A stretch of 64,000 bases of DNA, taken from Eledone cirrhosa. Taxonomy: Eukaryota. A program made the translations under genes and the position numbers. A model generated the notes under the pieces. That model did not search any database and was not told the DNA's origin. It saw nothing but the letters and a program-made list of their open reading frames with translations. This document shows positions 1 through 13,678 of this stretch, piece by piece. Numbering within the stretch: position 1 is the first letter of the stretch; each line of letters begins with the position of its first letter. The stretch lies in contig OZ024754.1 of NCBI GenBank assembly GCA_964016885.1, positions 23,374,001 to 23,438,000 on the forward strand. Reading direction: 5' to 3'.

Positions 1-705
1 CTTCCCAAAGTCCCTGGCCTGGCAGTGCTACCGAGGAGCTCTACCAGTTCGAGACAAGCTCTACAGACATGGGTGCCCGGGCAGGGAACCTTCGAAAAAG
101 ATCTGTCTGAGATGCGTGCGAGATGAAGAAACCGTCGCGCACGCATTCATACACTGCCCGGGCATTACCGACCTGTGGGGCTATGTAGAACGACTATTGC
201 CACGGGTGGGACCAATCCGGTTGACTACCGAGTCCATTGTCATGATTAAACCGCAACCCTCCTTCAAAAACGAAGGAGAGGCGGTTTTCCTTTGTGTGAT
301 AGCTATGGCGAAAAAGGTTGTATGTCGACGAGGTTAGAGGGGCTGAGATCAGACACCTTTCTCTCCGGCCAACAACTGATTCTTTTTTTCAAATACCACT
401 TTGGAAGAAGAATCAGGATGGAGAGAGAGAGAGGTGCTGTACCCCAGCAAGTTTTATGAAAGGTGGGTGATAGTGGCAAGAATGGCACAAGTGAATGGGT
501 ACAAATTCTTTGTACTCCTGGAGATGAGGGTTGCACATTTTTTCGGGGGTATGAGTTACCAATATGAAATGTCTCCCCCTATTGGGGAAAATCGATTAAT
601 TATTAAATTGCATTTGTGATAGAATTTTACACGTTTTTATTGTATGTAAACTTCCCCCTTTGTATTTGTCCTCTTCTTTTGTGCCCCTGTTGGTAATAAA
701 GAAAC
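1..705 (+). mobile_element. 3' end of an L1/Tx1-like LINE (C-terminal CCHC zinc knuckle and 3' UTR), degraded
   Basis: Translation LAWQCYRGALPVRDKL...CLRCVRDEETVAHAFIHC resembles the zf-RVT/CCHC end of L1/Tx1 ORF2; AATAAA near 695 followed by a (TA)n tract. Confidence 0.7.
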
Positions 706-1321
706 ATATATATATATATATATATATACACACTGTGTACAATATATATTATACACTATATATGTTGCCCGAGGGAAAGGTAATGGCTGATACAGCTTGG
801 CACCAGTGACCTCACAACATATATATACACTGTGTACAATATATATTATACACTATATATGTTGTCCAAGGGAAAGGCAATGGCTGATACAACATAGTTA
901 TATATAACTTATATCCCAGACATCTATAGATTATTTCTATTCTCTTCCCCAATTTCAAAATGTTCTGTTTACATTATTATTATTATTATTATCATTCACT
1001 TGTTTCCTCAACGTATATACTTCGACCTTGTTTTTGATATAAACCATGTTGGACATTGTGTCTTTCTCTACAAACTCATCCCTCACCCCCGCCATTACCT
1101 CCCCTTTCTCTCACTCATTCATTTCCGTGTTTACGAAGCTAGGTGACCATCTTCGAAATTCTTGCATATCGGCCTTGTCTAATATGCCTACTTATATCTG
1201 CTTATTTCCCCCGAATCTCCTGTGATGATATATGTCATGATGGCTACCTATCTCACAATTTCCCACTCACCACCATAGGCTATTCGACCAATCAAACCTC
1301 AGCAACATGTCCTTACCCATT

Positions 1322-1566
1322 ACCAGCCCCAACAAACTCTGCCATTACTACTACTGTCTTTCTAGACCTTACCAGCCCCAACAAACTCTGCCATTACGAC
1401 TACTGTCCTTTTAGCCCTTACCAGCCCCAACAAACTCTGCCATTACTACTACTGTCCTTCTCGCCCTTACTAGCCCCAACAAACTCTGCCATTACTACTA
1501 CTGTCCTTCTAGCCCTTACCAGCCCCAACAAACTCTGCCATTACTACTACTGTCCTTCTAGCCCTG
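1322..1566 (+). repeat. Minisatellite, 49-bp unit x5
   Basis: Unit ACCAGCCCCAACAAACTCTGCCATTACTACTACTGTCCTTCTAGCCCTT repeated five times; explains spurious ORF 1143-1637. Confidence 0.9.
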
Positions 1567-1749
1567 CACCAAAGAATTCTTGTTTACCGTTATCTATGGA
1601 GGAGCGAAGGATAAATGGAACAACCCCGAATAAATAAATGAATATGAATCTGCGAGTTACCCATGCAAAGCTTTAATTCAGAGACAGGTAGCATACACAC
1701 TCCCCCGCAAAAATTCACCCTTTCAAACGAATGATGGCAAATGTCCAAA

Positions 1750-3477
1750 ACTCTGAGTTGGTAGCATCAACATAAGCACAAGGAAAGGAAGGGAAGGAGA
1801 AATTATAGACATGCTAGAGTGAAAGGATATTGACGTATGCTGTGTGCAAGAGACTAGATGGAGAGGAGAGTCCGCTAGAGTCTTTGTAGGCAAAAGTTAG
1901 TGCTATAAATTTTTCTGGGTGGGAAATGACAATGGGATGGGTGGTGTAGGTATACTATTAGCTGACAAATGGGTAGATAAAGTAATAACCACACATATTG
2001 TTAACCAGGTAATATTAGAGGGATTGGTGCAGCATCATCATCTTCAACTGCTACAAGGGTAAAGGAGATGCACTAGATAGAAGAAACTATAGAGGTATAA
2101 AGATGATAAACCAGGTCATGAAAGTAACGGAAAGACAGCTGATCAGGGACTGGGTAAAACTAGATGAGATGTAGTTTGGGCTTGTGCCAGGAAAAAGTAC
2201 CACTGATGCTCTCTTCCGTGTGAGGCAGTTACAGGAAAAGTACCTAGCTAAAAGCAAGCTGGCTTTTGTCGATATGGGAAAAGCCTTTGACAGAGTCCCC
2301 GTCCTATAAGCTGGTGGGCTCTTAGAAAACTAGGAGTAGATTAGTTGCTTGTGAAAGCTGTACAAGCCATGTATAGGGGAGCAGTCAGTAAAGTTAGGCT
2401 TAACAATTACTATAGCGAGGAATTTAGCATACAGATCGGTGTCCACCAGGGCTCTGTTCTTAGCCCTCTCCTGTTTATTATAGTATTGCAGGCTATAACA
2501 GAGGAGTTTAAGACCGGATGCCCATGGTAACTCCTATATGTGGATGATCTTACACTTATAGCTGAATCTATGGCAGAACTAAAGAAACAAGTACCACCAA
2601 ACTCTGGGAGAGCTCTGTAGAAACAATAGACAGCTTTGGCTACCTAGGTAACCAAATAAGCAGCGGAGATGGGTGTTCTGAAAGTTCAGTAACCAGGGTA
2701 ACAACGGGATTGAAGAAGTTCAGGGAGCTACTGCCACTGCTAGCTACAAAAGGCTTTTCCCTCAAAATGAAAGGCAGACAGTATGATGCGTGCATATGAA
2801 TCAGCAATGTTACATGGTTGTGAGACCTGGGCACTGTCTGTAGAAGACTTGCATAGATTAGAAAGAAGCGAAGCTTGCATGCTCCAATGGATGTGTAATA
2901 GTAATATACACGAACAGCAAAGCATTAATGAATTGAGAGAGAGACTGATCATAAGAGAAATCAAATGCTGTGTGGAGGAGAGCAGGTTGTGTTGGTATGG
3001 ACATTTGATGCGTATGAAGGATGACAGCTGCATAAAAAGGTGCAGAGCAGTAGAAGTCGCTGAAAGCCACGGAGTGGGGAGACCGAAGAAGACCTGGGAT
3101 GAGGCGATAAAAGCCAACCTTACCCAATTACACCTCTCAAAGGCGATGACACAGGACCGTGACCTCTGGCATCACGCAGTAATACAGAAGACCCGACTTC
3201 CCATGGGTACAAGCCGAAGCTGAAGCATATAGCCAATATGCTCCCACCCCCTCCCACTGTAAAGTGGCTGTGGATGTGTCACGACAAAAAAGCATCCATC
3301 ACTCCCTGTGAGGTTGGTGTTAGGAAGGGCATCCAGCTGTAGAAATTGAGCCAAAATCAGTTCCCATCTGAGCAAGACAAGGTCACCCAATCTGGCACTG
3401 CCCACAACAGGACAACCTGTCTAACCCATACTACCGTGGAAGAAGGGACGTAAAACTATGATGATGATGATGATGAT
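1750..3477 (+). mobile_element. RTE-clade LINE, internally deleted and degraded, (GAT)n tail
   Basis: APE start DVCCVQETRWRG, RT pieces GVHQGSVLSPLLF and ESRLCWYGHLMRM; 3' tail ending GATGATGATG at about 3459-3477. Confidence 0.9.
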
Positions 3478-3494
3478 TATATATATATATATAT

Positions 3495-3852
3495 ACATAC
3501 ACTGTGTACAGTATATATACACTATATATGTCCAAGAGAAAGGCTATGGTCGATACAGCTTGGCACCAGTGACGTCACAACATATATATACACTATATAT
3601 ATTATACATTATATATATGTCCAAAAGAAAGGTTATGGCCAATACAGCTTGGCACCAGTGATGTTACAACATATATATACTATATATATACACTATATAT
3701 ATGTCCAAGAGAAAGGCTATGGCCGATACAGCTTGGCACCAGTGACATCACAACTCATTTCTACAGCTGAGTAAACAACGTGAAAAAAGTGTCTTGCTCA
3801 AGAACACAACCCGGTCCGAGAATCGAACTCACAACCTTTTAATTGTAAGCCC
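3495..3852 (-). mobile_element. tRNA-derived SINE with tandemly amplified 3' segment (similar 3' repeats at 730-895)
   Basis: Minus strand B-box GAGTTCGATTC followed by GTGTTCTTGAGCAAGACACTTT core; CACTGGTGCCAAGCTGTATC unit repeated. Confidence 0.65.
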
Positions 3853-3879
3853 ACGATACCTCCCAGAACCAACTGTGAT

Positions 3880-4433
3880 ATAGAGAGACCATAAAGACAA
3901 CCGTTGTTTTCATAGTTTAAGCCTTAAAATACCTCTCATACATGCTTTAAGTATATATAAACTCATTAAAACACACTTTTGTATTTAAAGACCAAGTAAC
4001 GATCGTATAGAAACTATCACCAACCATCATGCCACTAGTTACCAATGAGGACCATTGCCAGCCACGGTAGCCACTTGGTAATACACTGCACATCTCCCGT
4101 CAATCTATGAATTGTTTGTAGTAGATTAGAGCAAAACACAATCAGTAAAACAGTAATGGAATGAAAAATAAAAAAACATTTGTTCATAATTAAAGCCTTA
4201 AGATGTCCCTTCCTTACAATATACACTTTAATAACATTGAGACTTATTTAATAAGTTTAAATTTTAAACACTCTTTATTCAGACGTACCGTGATAAGAAA
4301 ATAGATATGCTCTAACGAAAAATCCGCGATGTGGCGAGGATTACCGCGATAGGAAATTGGATACGTTACAAAGAAAAATCCGCGATATTGTGGGACCGCG
4401 AAAAGTGAACCGCGAAATAGCGAGGGATTACTG
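3880..4433 (-). mobile_element. pogo/Tigger-like non-autonomous DNA transposon end (other copies 24128-24538 and 25700-25951)
   Basis: Terminus TA-CAGTAATCCCTCGCTATTTCGCGGTTCAC with repeated CGCGG subterminal motifs; three copies in window. Confidence 0.55.
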
Positions 4434-6367
4434 TATATATATATATACACACACACAACATGCATCTATCTATATACACTCATAACCTTTATTTCGATTT
4501 TTGACATTAGAATGTTGACTGAGTTTGCGACAACTGTTTCTTGTTTGAGGCTGTTCCAGTGGTTGAAATATAGACGGAGACATTTAGAATAATAAAGACA
4601 GTCATGATAACAATATATTTCATATCACATGTAACAGTGGAATCTGGTGATTGAAAAATAACACATAAACTTTTCAGTTTGGAAGTTTTTTTTTCTATAT
4701 ATAAAAGTGGAGGAAGAAATATATTTTTCTAATGTTGTTATATATATTTTCACTTGTATATAATTACTGGATCGTTGTAGGGTTCACATAATTATATTAT
4801 TTACACACATTAATATAGACATTAAGTAAATCTTTGTCAACTTACCTCCTTCAGATATAATCAATGTGTTGTGTTGTTATCAAATTAGAAGTTTCAAAGA
4901 TGTTATCAGCTTTATTTCACGACATTAACGTTGGTGTATCTTCTTCATCTTTAGTCATAAATTGATAACTTGTCAGAATGAAGTGGTGAGGATGACTTTA
5001 TGTCTTTAGCTACAGATTTGATAGGAAATATATATATATATTAGGTTGATATGTGGTCTAATATATATATATATTGTCTATAAATGACTGATAACAGATG
5101 TTCTGATGAAATAGTAGTTGAACTCTTAGACACAATTGTAAAGTAAGAATAGAAGACTGATGTCGGGGAATTAAAATTATGTATATATATATATATAATT
5201 GTTACACAAGATATAATTAGATTAATTAAAGTTATAACGATGACAGCAGGTGCCCGGTGTAGTTGAGAATGTTTCAACTCTCATACCGATGTCATACGTT
5301 AAAAGTCCCTGATATAATTTAATACATTCAGACAGTTCCAAACGTATTTAATTTATTGTAAATCAGAAAGTACCACTCAATAAAATATCAATTATATATC
5401 AATAAGAAAACCTCTACGTAGTCTCTCTAACTGCTAGAAATAGCAGTGAAATTATCTATTACATATTTTTTTCTCCTTTAAACTCTTACGTTTAGTTAAA
5501 CAATCAACAACAGCAAGTTTTTTTGACAGACTTCAGAATAAGCTCGAAAACGGCCAGGATATCATTCTCCTTCTTGCTATATATATATATAGATTTTGAG
5601 TTTATGTTGGTTGTATACCAACACCTCAGTATGCAGGCTGGAGCACTCGACGAAGTGCGCAGGTTGGTTTGGTTACTCCGGAGTAGTGTAAAATAAAGTT
5701 AAATAAAAGGAGGTGGGGGTTGGGGGTTCTTCCATGTATATGAAGAAATATAAGGCAATAAATGAAGAAAACCGAAAATAAATAAATAATATAATAAAAT
5801 AATTAATATAATTTGTGTAATTTGAAAATAAATAAATAAATAGAGAATAAAGAATAAATGAGAGATTGGTGAAAAAGTAATGAAAATGAATATGGAGAAG
5901 TGAGAAATAATGTAGGATAAAGTGTGTGTGTGTGCTTTAACCAATCTCAAGGTCAGAATATGTTGGATAGATTGGTATGAGACAAGATGTTAAGATGAGA
6001 TATTCAAACTAAATGTGTTTGTGTTATAATCCATCTCAACTTAAAATAAATATAAGGTGATACTGACCAATGGGAAGTTTGACACTTTTTTTGTTATTTT
6101 GTTCCTTTAACACCTTGTCCCTTCTACCATTTTATCAATTTTTAAGCTAACTCCAACAATAACAACACTTAGAATGAGGAATGTTCTAATAACTGACCAA
6201 TGAGAGGAGAAGGGGACCTTTGACACTAAAATTCGTTTGTTTGAATTCATATGACTCCAGTTCCTCAGTGAATTAACAACCCAACAAGGAACTGGGCATA
6301 TCAGAGTATTGACAATATTATACACCTAAACAACATATGTACTTGTCTATACCATACTAATTCAAAC

Positions 6368-6418
6368 TGCCTGAAGTGGTTACAGCCAAAGATGGCTGTC
6401 ACTGAAATATATATAGCA
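6368..6418 (+). ncRNA. Degenerate minimal type-I hammerhead ribozyme-like motif
   Basis: TGC CTGAAGT GGTTACAGCC-AAAGAT-GGCTGTCACT GAAA TATATA TA GCA; core position A9 is T. Confidence 0.45.
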
Positions 6419-6978
6419 CTAATAAACGAAGCTAAATAAATGTAAGCTATCGCTGTATTTTGACTTTTAGGAAATTAGTATCGGTGTACATGCAACATAA
6501 TATAAAAGACAGTAAATACCGGTGTGTGTGTGGTAATAAAGTTTTTACTTCATGGAAGTCAAAAGGCATTAAATATAAGGATTTGTTACTCGATGGTCAT
6601 AATACAACTTCCGAAGGTAATTTCTCACAGGCAGAGTGCTGCAGAAATAAATTGTCTGGCTTGTTCTGCTGGTTTTAGTTGTTGATGAAGCTGTGTTGTT
6701 GTCGTTGATGTTGTGAATGCGTTGACCTGGAAGGGTCAAGAGGCCAGCGACCAGAGAAATAAGCATTCTTAATAAATGCGCGGTTATCAACGGTAAATTT
6801 ACGTGGTAAATTTATAAACCGGCAAATAGAAGAATATAGCTTAAAATGTTCGTTGTAAAGGAAACGAAAAACATATATATACATCCAGTGAAATGGTAAT
6901 GAGAGGTACATTGCAAAAATCAATAAATAACAAGAACAGCAAAAAAAAATATATATATATAAGGCTCCAATGGCCAGT

Positions 6979-9900
6979 TCACATAAAAATAGTTTGGCAG
7001 AACTTTTTGGGCCAGTGGACTCTCCGACCGGAACGGGTCGTAGTCTTGTATATAGGTGAAGGTGGGGCAGAAGGAGCAGGTGTATGCACAAGAGAGAAAG
7101 ATTGGGGTATTTGTGGCTCGGGTGTATGAGCGTCATTGTGTGCCCTTTTCAGTCTATCCACCGAAATTGTCTCTCTGGACCCCTTAACGTCTACAGTGAA
7201 ATGTTTGTCAGTGCGTGCTAACACACGGTAGGGTCCAGAGTATGGTTGTGTGAGGGGTGGTCTCACAGCATCGTTCCTTACGAACACATGGGTCCACGAG
7301 GCAATGTCCCTCGGGACCGCAGGTTTTACAGTTTGCTTCCTCGTATCCATCGGCGGCAGGTCCTGTAAATAAGAACGCAGACGGGATACGTAGGAAAGCG
7401 GATCTTGGAAAGCAAGATCAACAGAGTCAAGCATTTGCCCAGGCAACGCTAGAGGAGCACCGTAAATTAATTCGGCCGGGGAGAACCCAAGGTCCTCCTT
7501 TATTGATGACCGAATTCCTAATAACACAATAGGAAGGTACTCGCTCCAACGTTGAGAGTCTGGATAGGCGCGAAGAGCGGCCTTTAATTGGCGGTGGGAT
7601 CGTTCCACCATTCCATTTGAAGCAGGATGATAGGCTGTGGTCCGAATCCGTTGAGCTCCAATTATTTTGGTGAGCTCAGAGAAGAGATGGGACTCGAATT
7701 GTCTACCGCGGTCTGTGGTGAATGTAGTTGGTACCCCAAAGCGGGTAATCCACCCTGATACCAGGGCACGTGCTACAGTCTCAGCAGTCATGTCTTGTAA
7801 AGGGATGGCTTCAGGCCATCGCGAAAAACGATGGACACACGTCAATATGTAGGAATATCCACTGCTGAATGGTCAAGGTCCAACGATGTCAATGTGGATG
7901 TGTTGGAACCGAGCATCTGGAGTGGTGAAAGTACCCAGTGGAGTCCGGATGTGTCTATGGATCTTCGATTTCTGGCAAGCGATACAGGAACGGCACCAAG
8001 CAGCAATGTCGCGCCTCATATTAGGCCAGAAGAATCTGGCTGTTATGAGTTTAACTGTGGCAGCAGATCCTGGATGAGAAATGTTGTGCAGAGCCAGGAA
8101 CACAATTCGACGGTGAGTCTCAGGAACAAGTGGTCGTGGTGCATCAGTGGATACATCACAAAGAATCTGCCTGTCGGTGGTGAACAAGGGCAGATATTTG
8201 AAAATGCAAGTCGCAAATTCAGTAGAAAGAGTGTCCAACGATTGGAGTGCAGGTTGGTCTGCAGCTAAACGACTTAAGTCGATATCCTGGGATGACGAGA
8301 TGGAGCTAATTGGCAAACGTGATAATGCGTCTGCAACTATGTTGTGCGAGCCGGCAATGTGCTGGATATCGTTTGTAAATTGTGAAACGTAGTCCAGGTG
8401 CCTTGTCTCTCTGGGCGAATATCTGTCGGCTTTGGCCCTCAAAGCGAAGGTCAACGGTTTGTGGTCGGTAAAAACCGTAAAATTTTTCCCCTCAAGGATA
8501 TGGGAGAAATGTTTCACCGACAGATATATGGCTAATAATTCCCGCCCAAACGTGCTATAACGCGTTTCTGCTGGTTTCAACTTCCTCGAGAAAAATGCCA
8601 AAGGTTGTTGGTTTTCAGCGTAAGACTGCTGTAAAACTGCTCCCACAGCGGTATCAGATGCATCAACACAAAGCGAAAGCTTGGCCTCTGGTACCGGGTG
8701 GGCTAGCAAAGAAGAACTAGCGAGGGCTGTCTTGGCAGACTGGAAGTCCTGAAGCTGTCCTTGTGTCAAGGAAATGTCTTCATTCTTCTTACGACGATTT
8801 TTTAAAATGTCAGTAAGAGAAGATAGCCAATTAGCACAATGAGGAATGAAACGCCTATAGAAATTGATCAGGCCTAAGAAGTGACGCAACTGGTGAAGTG
8901 TAGTAGGCGGCGGTAACTCCTGTATGGCTTGAACTCGCTGAGGGAGCGGCCTAATACCTTCGGCGTCGATGAGGTGGCCTAAAACATGTAGGGAAGTGGA
9001 ACCGAAAACACACTTTGCAGGATTCACGCGAACGCGGTAATCCTGAAGTCGCCGAAGTAAGAGAAGCATGTGGCGCATATGCTCTTCCGGAGAGGAACTA
9101 GCGACGAGAATATCGTCTATGTAAGCATAGACGAAGTCCAGACCACGCGTGACCTCGTCTATGAACCGCTGAAAAGTGCTAGTGGCGTTCCTGAGTTCAA
9201 AAGGCATGGTCAAAAATTCCAAGGATGCGAAAGGAGTTGTAATCGCCGTGTTCGGAATATCCTCCTTCCTGACCGGAATTTGGTGGTAGGCTCGCACTAA
9301 ATCTAGTTTTGAGAAAATCTTACACCCCTGCAATGAAGATGCGAAATCGTGGAGATGGGGAATGGAATACCTATCCGGGACAAAGCATTTAATCTCCTAT
9401 AATCGCCAGTCTGTCTCCAGTCGCCGGAAGTCTTGGGCACCATGTGTAACGGTGAAGCACAAGGACTCGTAGATGGGCGAATAATGCCCAGCTGCAGCAT
9501 ATGGTCGAACTCGGACCGTGCAGCCTTTAATTTGTCCGCCGGTAAGCGGAGTGGACGTGAGAACACTGGGGCGCCAGTTGTAGTCGGTTCGACAACTCGA
9601 AAATTTCCCTGAGTAAGCGGTGGGAGAGAATTGAACAATGCATGATAGGGATTCCCAGCATTAGCGATGAAAAAGGTCGGGCTAACCGTTGGAAAATTAG
9701 CTTTCTGTCCACGAATTGAAAAACCGGTGATGTCATCCACCAAGCGTTGGCCACGGACGTCCACAGTCAAAGAGAAGTTGTGGAGGAAGTCCGCACCTAA
9801 GATAGGGTATGGCAAATCGGCAACCGTAAAAATTCACTTAAAATCCCTTCGAAGATTTAGGAATTTGAGAGTAAGCGAGATTTGCCCATACGTTATTATA

Positions 9901-10079
9901 GACGAGTGATTAACTGCCTGCAGAGTAACGGATGAATCTCCGGGGGTATCTTTCAGGCAATGGACCGGCCAAATACTACAGGAGGCTCCTGTATCCACGA
10001 GGAAACCTCTTCCCGACATAAGGTCCTTAATGAAGAAATGGCGGTTTGGTGGCTTTATGTTGAGGTCAGCTGTCCCCAT
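6979..10079 (-). pseudogene. pol: Gypsy pol (PR-RT-RH-INT) broken into four ORFs
   Basis: FLVDTGAS protease, [10 protein letters not shown] and YIDDI RT, VDASD/ADALSR RNase H, HxxxHPG..CxxC and TDRGRQF..GMVER integrase, GPY. Confidence 0.92.
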
Positions 10080-10090
10080 CAGCGGAGCTC

Positions 10091-10885
10091 TTAGGCGTTT
10101 CCCGCCTTATGAAACGAGCAAGGTTGCACGCAGTGGTTCGCGCTTTCGGCAAATCGCTCGTGGTACCAGCATAAAGATGAAGCTGGTGACTTTGAACGAC
10201 GTCTAAAACTTTGCGATCTCCCGCGACTGCGGGGGCGTGAACGGGCACCACACAAGGCCTTCATCTTATGGAGCTCTAGGGTGAGTTCCTGTATGGACTT
10301 TTGCATCGCTATAATAGCTGAGCTCTCTATAGGAGCTGCCGCGCAGATGGCATGGTCAGGTGTGGCCTGAGCTGGTTGGGAAACAGCGGCAAGGGCTTCG
10401 CTTCCTCCAGCACCCGTCACTTCGAAAACTTTGTCCGCAGAGGCGGCAAGCTGATCCACCGTGCAAGTATCCCTAATGGGGGCCAAAATTGCCTGTACGT
10501 TGGTCGGTAGGCGCGAGAAGAACAACTGCTTCAGCACGGCAGTTTCCACTACCGACCCCTCCGTTAGGTCCTTCATTCGCCTTAGAAGGCTCGATGGGGT
10601 GCCATCCCCTATATGCTCCAGATGGACCAGAGCCCTAAACCTTTTTTCTGCAGACTGTGCAGTCCGGCTGAGTATTTCAGCCTTCAGAGACGTGTACGTC
10701 GAGTCTGTGGGTGTCTCTAACACCAGGTTCTTAATCGCTGGGAGAAGTGCCGGCGGAATTGCACTAAGGACCAGAGGACGTTGTAGTGCCTCGTCAACTC
10801 TGTTCGCCTCGAAATATGCTTCGAGTTGGGCGAACCATAACCTTACGTCGCCCGTGTACGCTGGAAGAACAGAATGAGATGCCAT
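10091..10885 (-). CDS. gag: Gag (CsRn1-type) ending at a -1 slippery site G GGA AAC
   Basis: LWFAQLEAYF N-terminal motif, CWYHERFAESANHCVQPC Cys/His box; -1 frame stays open into protease. Confidence 0.85.
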   Translation of the reverse strand: MASHSVLPAYTGDVRLWFAQLEAYFEANRVDEALQRPLVLSAIPPALLPAIKNLVLETPTDSTYTSLKAEILSRTAQSAEKRFRALVHLEHIGDGTPSSLLRRMKDLTEGSVVETAVLKQLFFSRLPTNVQAILAPIRDTCTVDQLAASADKVFEVTGAGGSEALAAVSQPAQATPDHAICAAAPIESSAIIAMQKSIQELTLELHKMKALCGARSRPRSRGRSQSFRRRSKSPASSLCWYHERFAESANHCVQPCSFHKAGNA

Positions 10886-13599
10886 TGGTATACCGTAGGT
10901 AATTTGCCAAAAACAAAAAAAAATCGTCTCCGTTTGGAAAAATGTCTACAACACAACAGAAAAGGAAAACAAAATCGCTTATTTTTCTGTCAAACAACTG
11001 AACAGGAAAAATAATGCATCCGGGACAATATGCAAAGGAGCGACTAACCGAGCGATGTCATTAATAAGGTATAGGCAGCGAATTTAAAACTAAAACCAAC
11101 ATGGCGGACTATTTTGTGCCAAAAACACTATTGATGGAGGAGAAAGCTGCCATCTTGTCATCCTCAAATTGTTTAGCCAGAGAAGAGAGGAAAAGAAGAA
11201 AAGGAGAAAAAACATTCGTACAATTGTTTAGCCAGAGAAGAGAGGAAAAGAAGAAAAGGAGAAAAAACATTCGTACAATTGCTGTTTGTGTGTAAATAAC
11301 TTTGGGTGTTCGTTTTGCACATATGAAGAGTTAAGTGTTAAGTGTTAAGTGTTACAGAGAAATATGTTTAGCCATATCAGAATCAAGTGTGTTGTTCTGT
11401 ATTAAATGTTTTTTTTTTCTCTCTTTTTTTTTTTTATATACACATGGTACCGTTACCCATTCTTTTTTTTTTTTTTTTTTTTTTTAAAAAACGTCAGGTC
11501 ACCAATTTAGGAGATTAGTATCAGTGTATTTAAATATTATCAAGAATGACAATAAAGGCAGGTGAGAGTTGTGACATGGTTTTACTTCACAGAAATCAAA
11601 AAAATTGTTATAAATAATTGTTACCACATGTTGATGTTCAGGTGGTCACAACTCCCCAGACTGGAGTGTGTGGCGAAGAACAGAAAATCTTCTCTTGGTA
11701 AGGTTCAAGTGTTTCTTTAGGTTGCCGGTGTTCTTATTCTTGGGTGCGAAGGAAGTGAAACAGGAGTCATCTCTTGACAAAGTCTCAGGTGTTCTTGTCC
11801 CTTCGACGTTCAGGAGTAGAGTGTGTCTTATGGCTTGATTGTCCTCGACTATATAGTCCCCAGGGAGACGCAACTCCGTTTAGTACATGAACCTGCCGTG
11901 GGAGTCGCGCCCGTCGCAAGGGGACGTAACTCTTATAGTGCTGAGTCGCAACCGTAAGGGGCCGCTACATATATATATATACACGCACACACATACCATA
12001 TATACAGGGAAATTCCGTTATAAAGAAATTCACGGGGTATAAAGATAATTCGTTGTAACGAAAAATTCTTCATAACCGAAACGAATCGTTTGTTTGTTGT
12101 TCAATCGTATTCTAGTTATGGTGTTTCACATGGAACCTTATAGATATAACACAGAGAAGTATAGAGTCCAAGTGAAAATATAAGACAACATATAATCTAA
12201 TAAGAAAGTTAAAGAAAAGAAGGAAAAACAAGTGAAATGAAAGAGAAAGTTGAAAGGAAAAGGTAGAAAAGAATCATTGAAATAATTATTCTACAAAGTG
12301 TTCTGTCTCATTTAGAAAGTGTTTTCTATGTTGGCCAGCTAAAATCTTCCCTCACTCAATATCTAGTTCATTAGTTAATCCTAACTTTCCTGTAAAAAAT
12401 TATTGATTTCAACAACAACTTTTTGGCTAAAACCACTAACAATGATAAATATGTTTGTTTCGTGAGGAGTGAAAACCTCTATGTGGTTACTTGACCTGTT
12501 GGAAATAGCAGCCAAATTTCTTTCAGGTCACATACCTTCTTGAATTAGGAAAGGACTGTTTGGTCAGTTGTCTTAAGCCCCAGTTTAATGACAATCGGGA
12601 ATTAAACGGGGGTTAGTTCCCTAATGAAATATATATTAGAATTGAGTGATCCAAGTTTCAGTTTGACATTTTATTCGTAATCACGTGTAACACGTGTTTC
12701 GTGAATGTATTATATTTATTTTTCCTCCACTGATTTTGATACATCTCAAAATTCTGTCTAGGCAGCGGTCCCTGCCGGATGGGTTTTTTAGGGCTCCACT
12801 TAAGTCAACATAAGCAACATATACAACCACGTGCGACTACCCACCAAAAACAAGAAATCAATTACTGAAATATTGACTTAAACAGTTCTAACAAACCTAA
12901 GGAAACCCAGCAAAAAGCCTACTTAGCCTTACCTGGACGAAAGCTAGGAAATTCCACAATTTATTATTCATCTGAACGTTATCTCCATAATTATGTGGTT
13001 GGTACCAGTACATCTCTCAACAAGATTTCTACTGTCAACCTGGCTTCCACACACTGAAGCATTAGCACAGCAGTAACTCAACCACTCTTACAACACGTGG
13101 GTTGTATTTACAAGCAAAAGAAAAGAGAACACGGAAAAATTAATTCAGACACAAACAAAAAGAAAGATCTATCGCCTTGCTTCTCCACATTTTTATTGGT
13201 GAAGATTCTCATCCAACATCTTCTAACAAAATAAGTTAGTTTCAGAAGCCCCAAGTTCGAGCAGTGATTCGGTAATCTTGGTAAAGTTAAACCTACATAA
13301 GTAGATATAATTCAGATTAAGGGTCAGACCTGCTTTTATGAGGAGTAGTAAGAGACAATAATATGTGGAAGGAGGAGGAGTGAGAGAGATAGAAAGACAA
13401 AACTGTGTTAATTCTTTCTCCCCTCTCTTCTTTTACTCTATCTACCTCTTATGTCTTCATTTCACTGTTTTATTGTCTTATTTCCTAATTCCACTTAATT
13501 CCATTAAATATTCAATCTTGGTCGAAATAAATATTTTCATCTGTGACGATCTCTACAACCAATAATAGTAGGAGTCACGTTACATGATATGTATATATA

Positions 13600-13678
13600 C
13601 AGGGTGTCCCTAAAATATGTATACACATTTACATAGACTGTAGTTGAAGTGTGTATTCACTTTTGGGGGGAGACCCTG
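13600..13678. mobile_element. 79-bp Tc1/mariner-type MITE (paralog 39804-39883)
   Basis: TA-CAGGGTGTCCC ... GGGAGACCCTG-TA terminal inverted repeats with TA flanks. Confidence 0.7.

Larger units (their letters stand above)
6466..11969 (-). mobile_element. Ty3/Gypsy LTR retrotransposon, CsRn1/Kabuki-like, frameshifted
   Basis: gag, protease, RT, RNase H and integrase in Gypsy order; tRNA-Trp-type PBS at 11491-11504; 5' LTR about 11506-11969 starting TGTAGCGG. Confidence 0.92.

Noticed and set aside
1143-1637. 164-aa ORF; 49-bp repeats as possible CRISPR
   Set aside because: Head-to-tail minisatellite with no unique spacers and no cas genes in a eukaryotic context
7257-10877. Plus-strand ORFs over the Gypsy element and similar antisense ORFs over other elements
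   Set aside because: Shadow frames opposite recognisable gag/pol or LINE coding sequence
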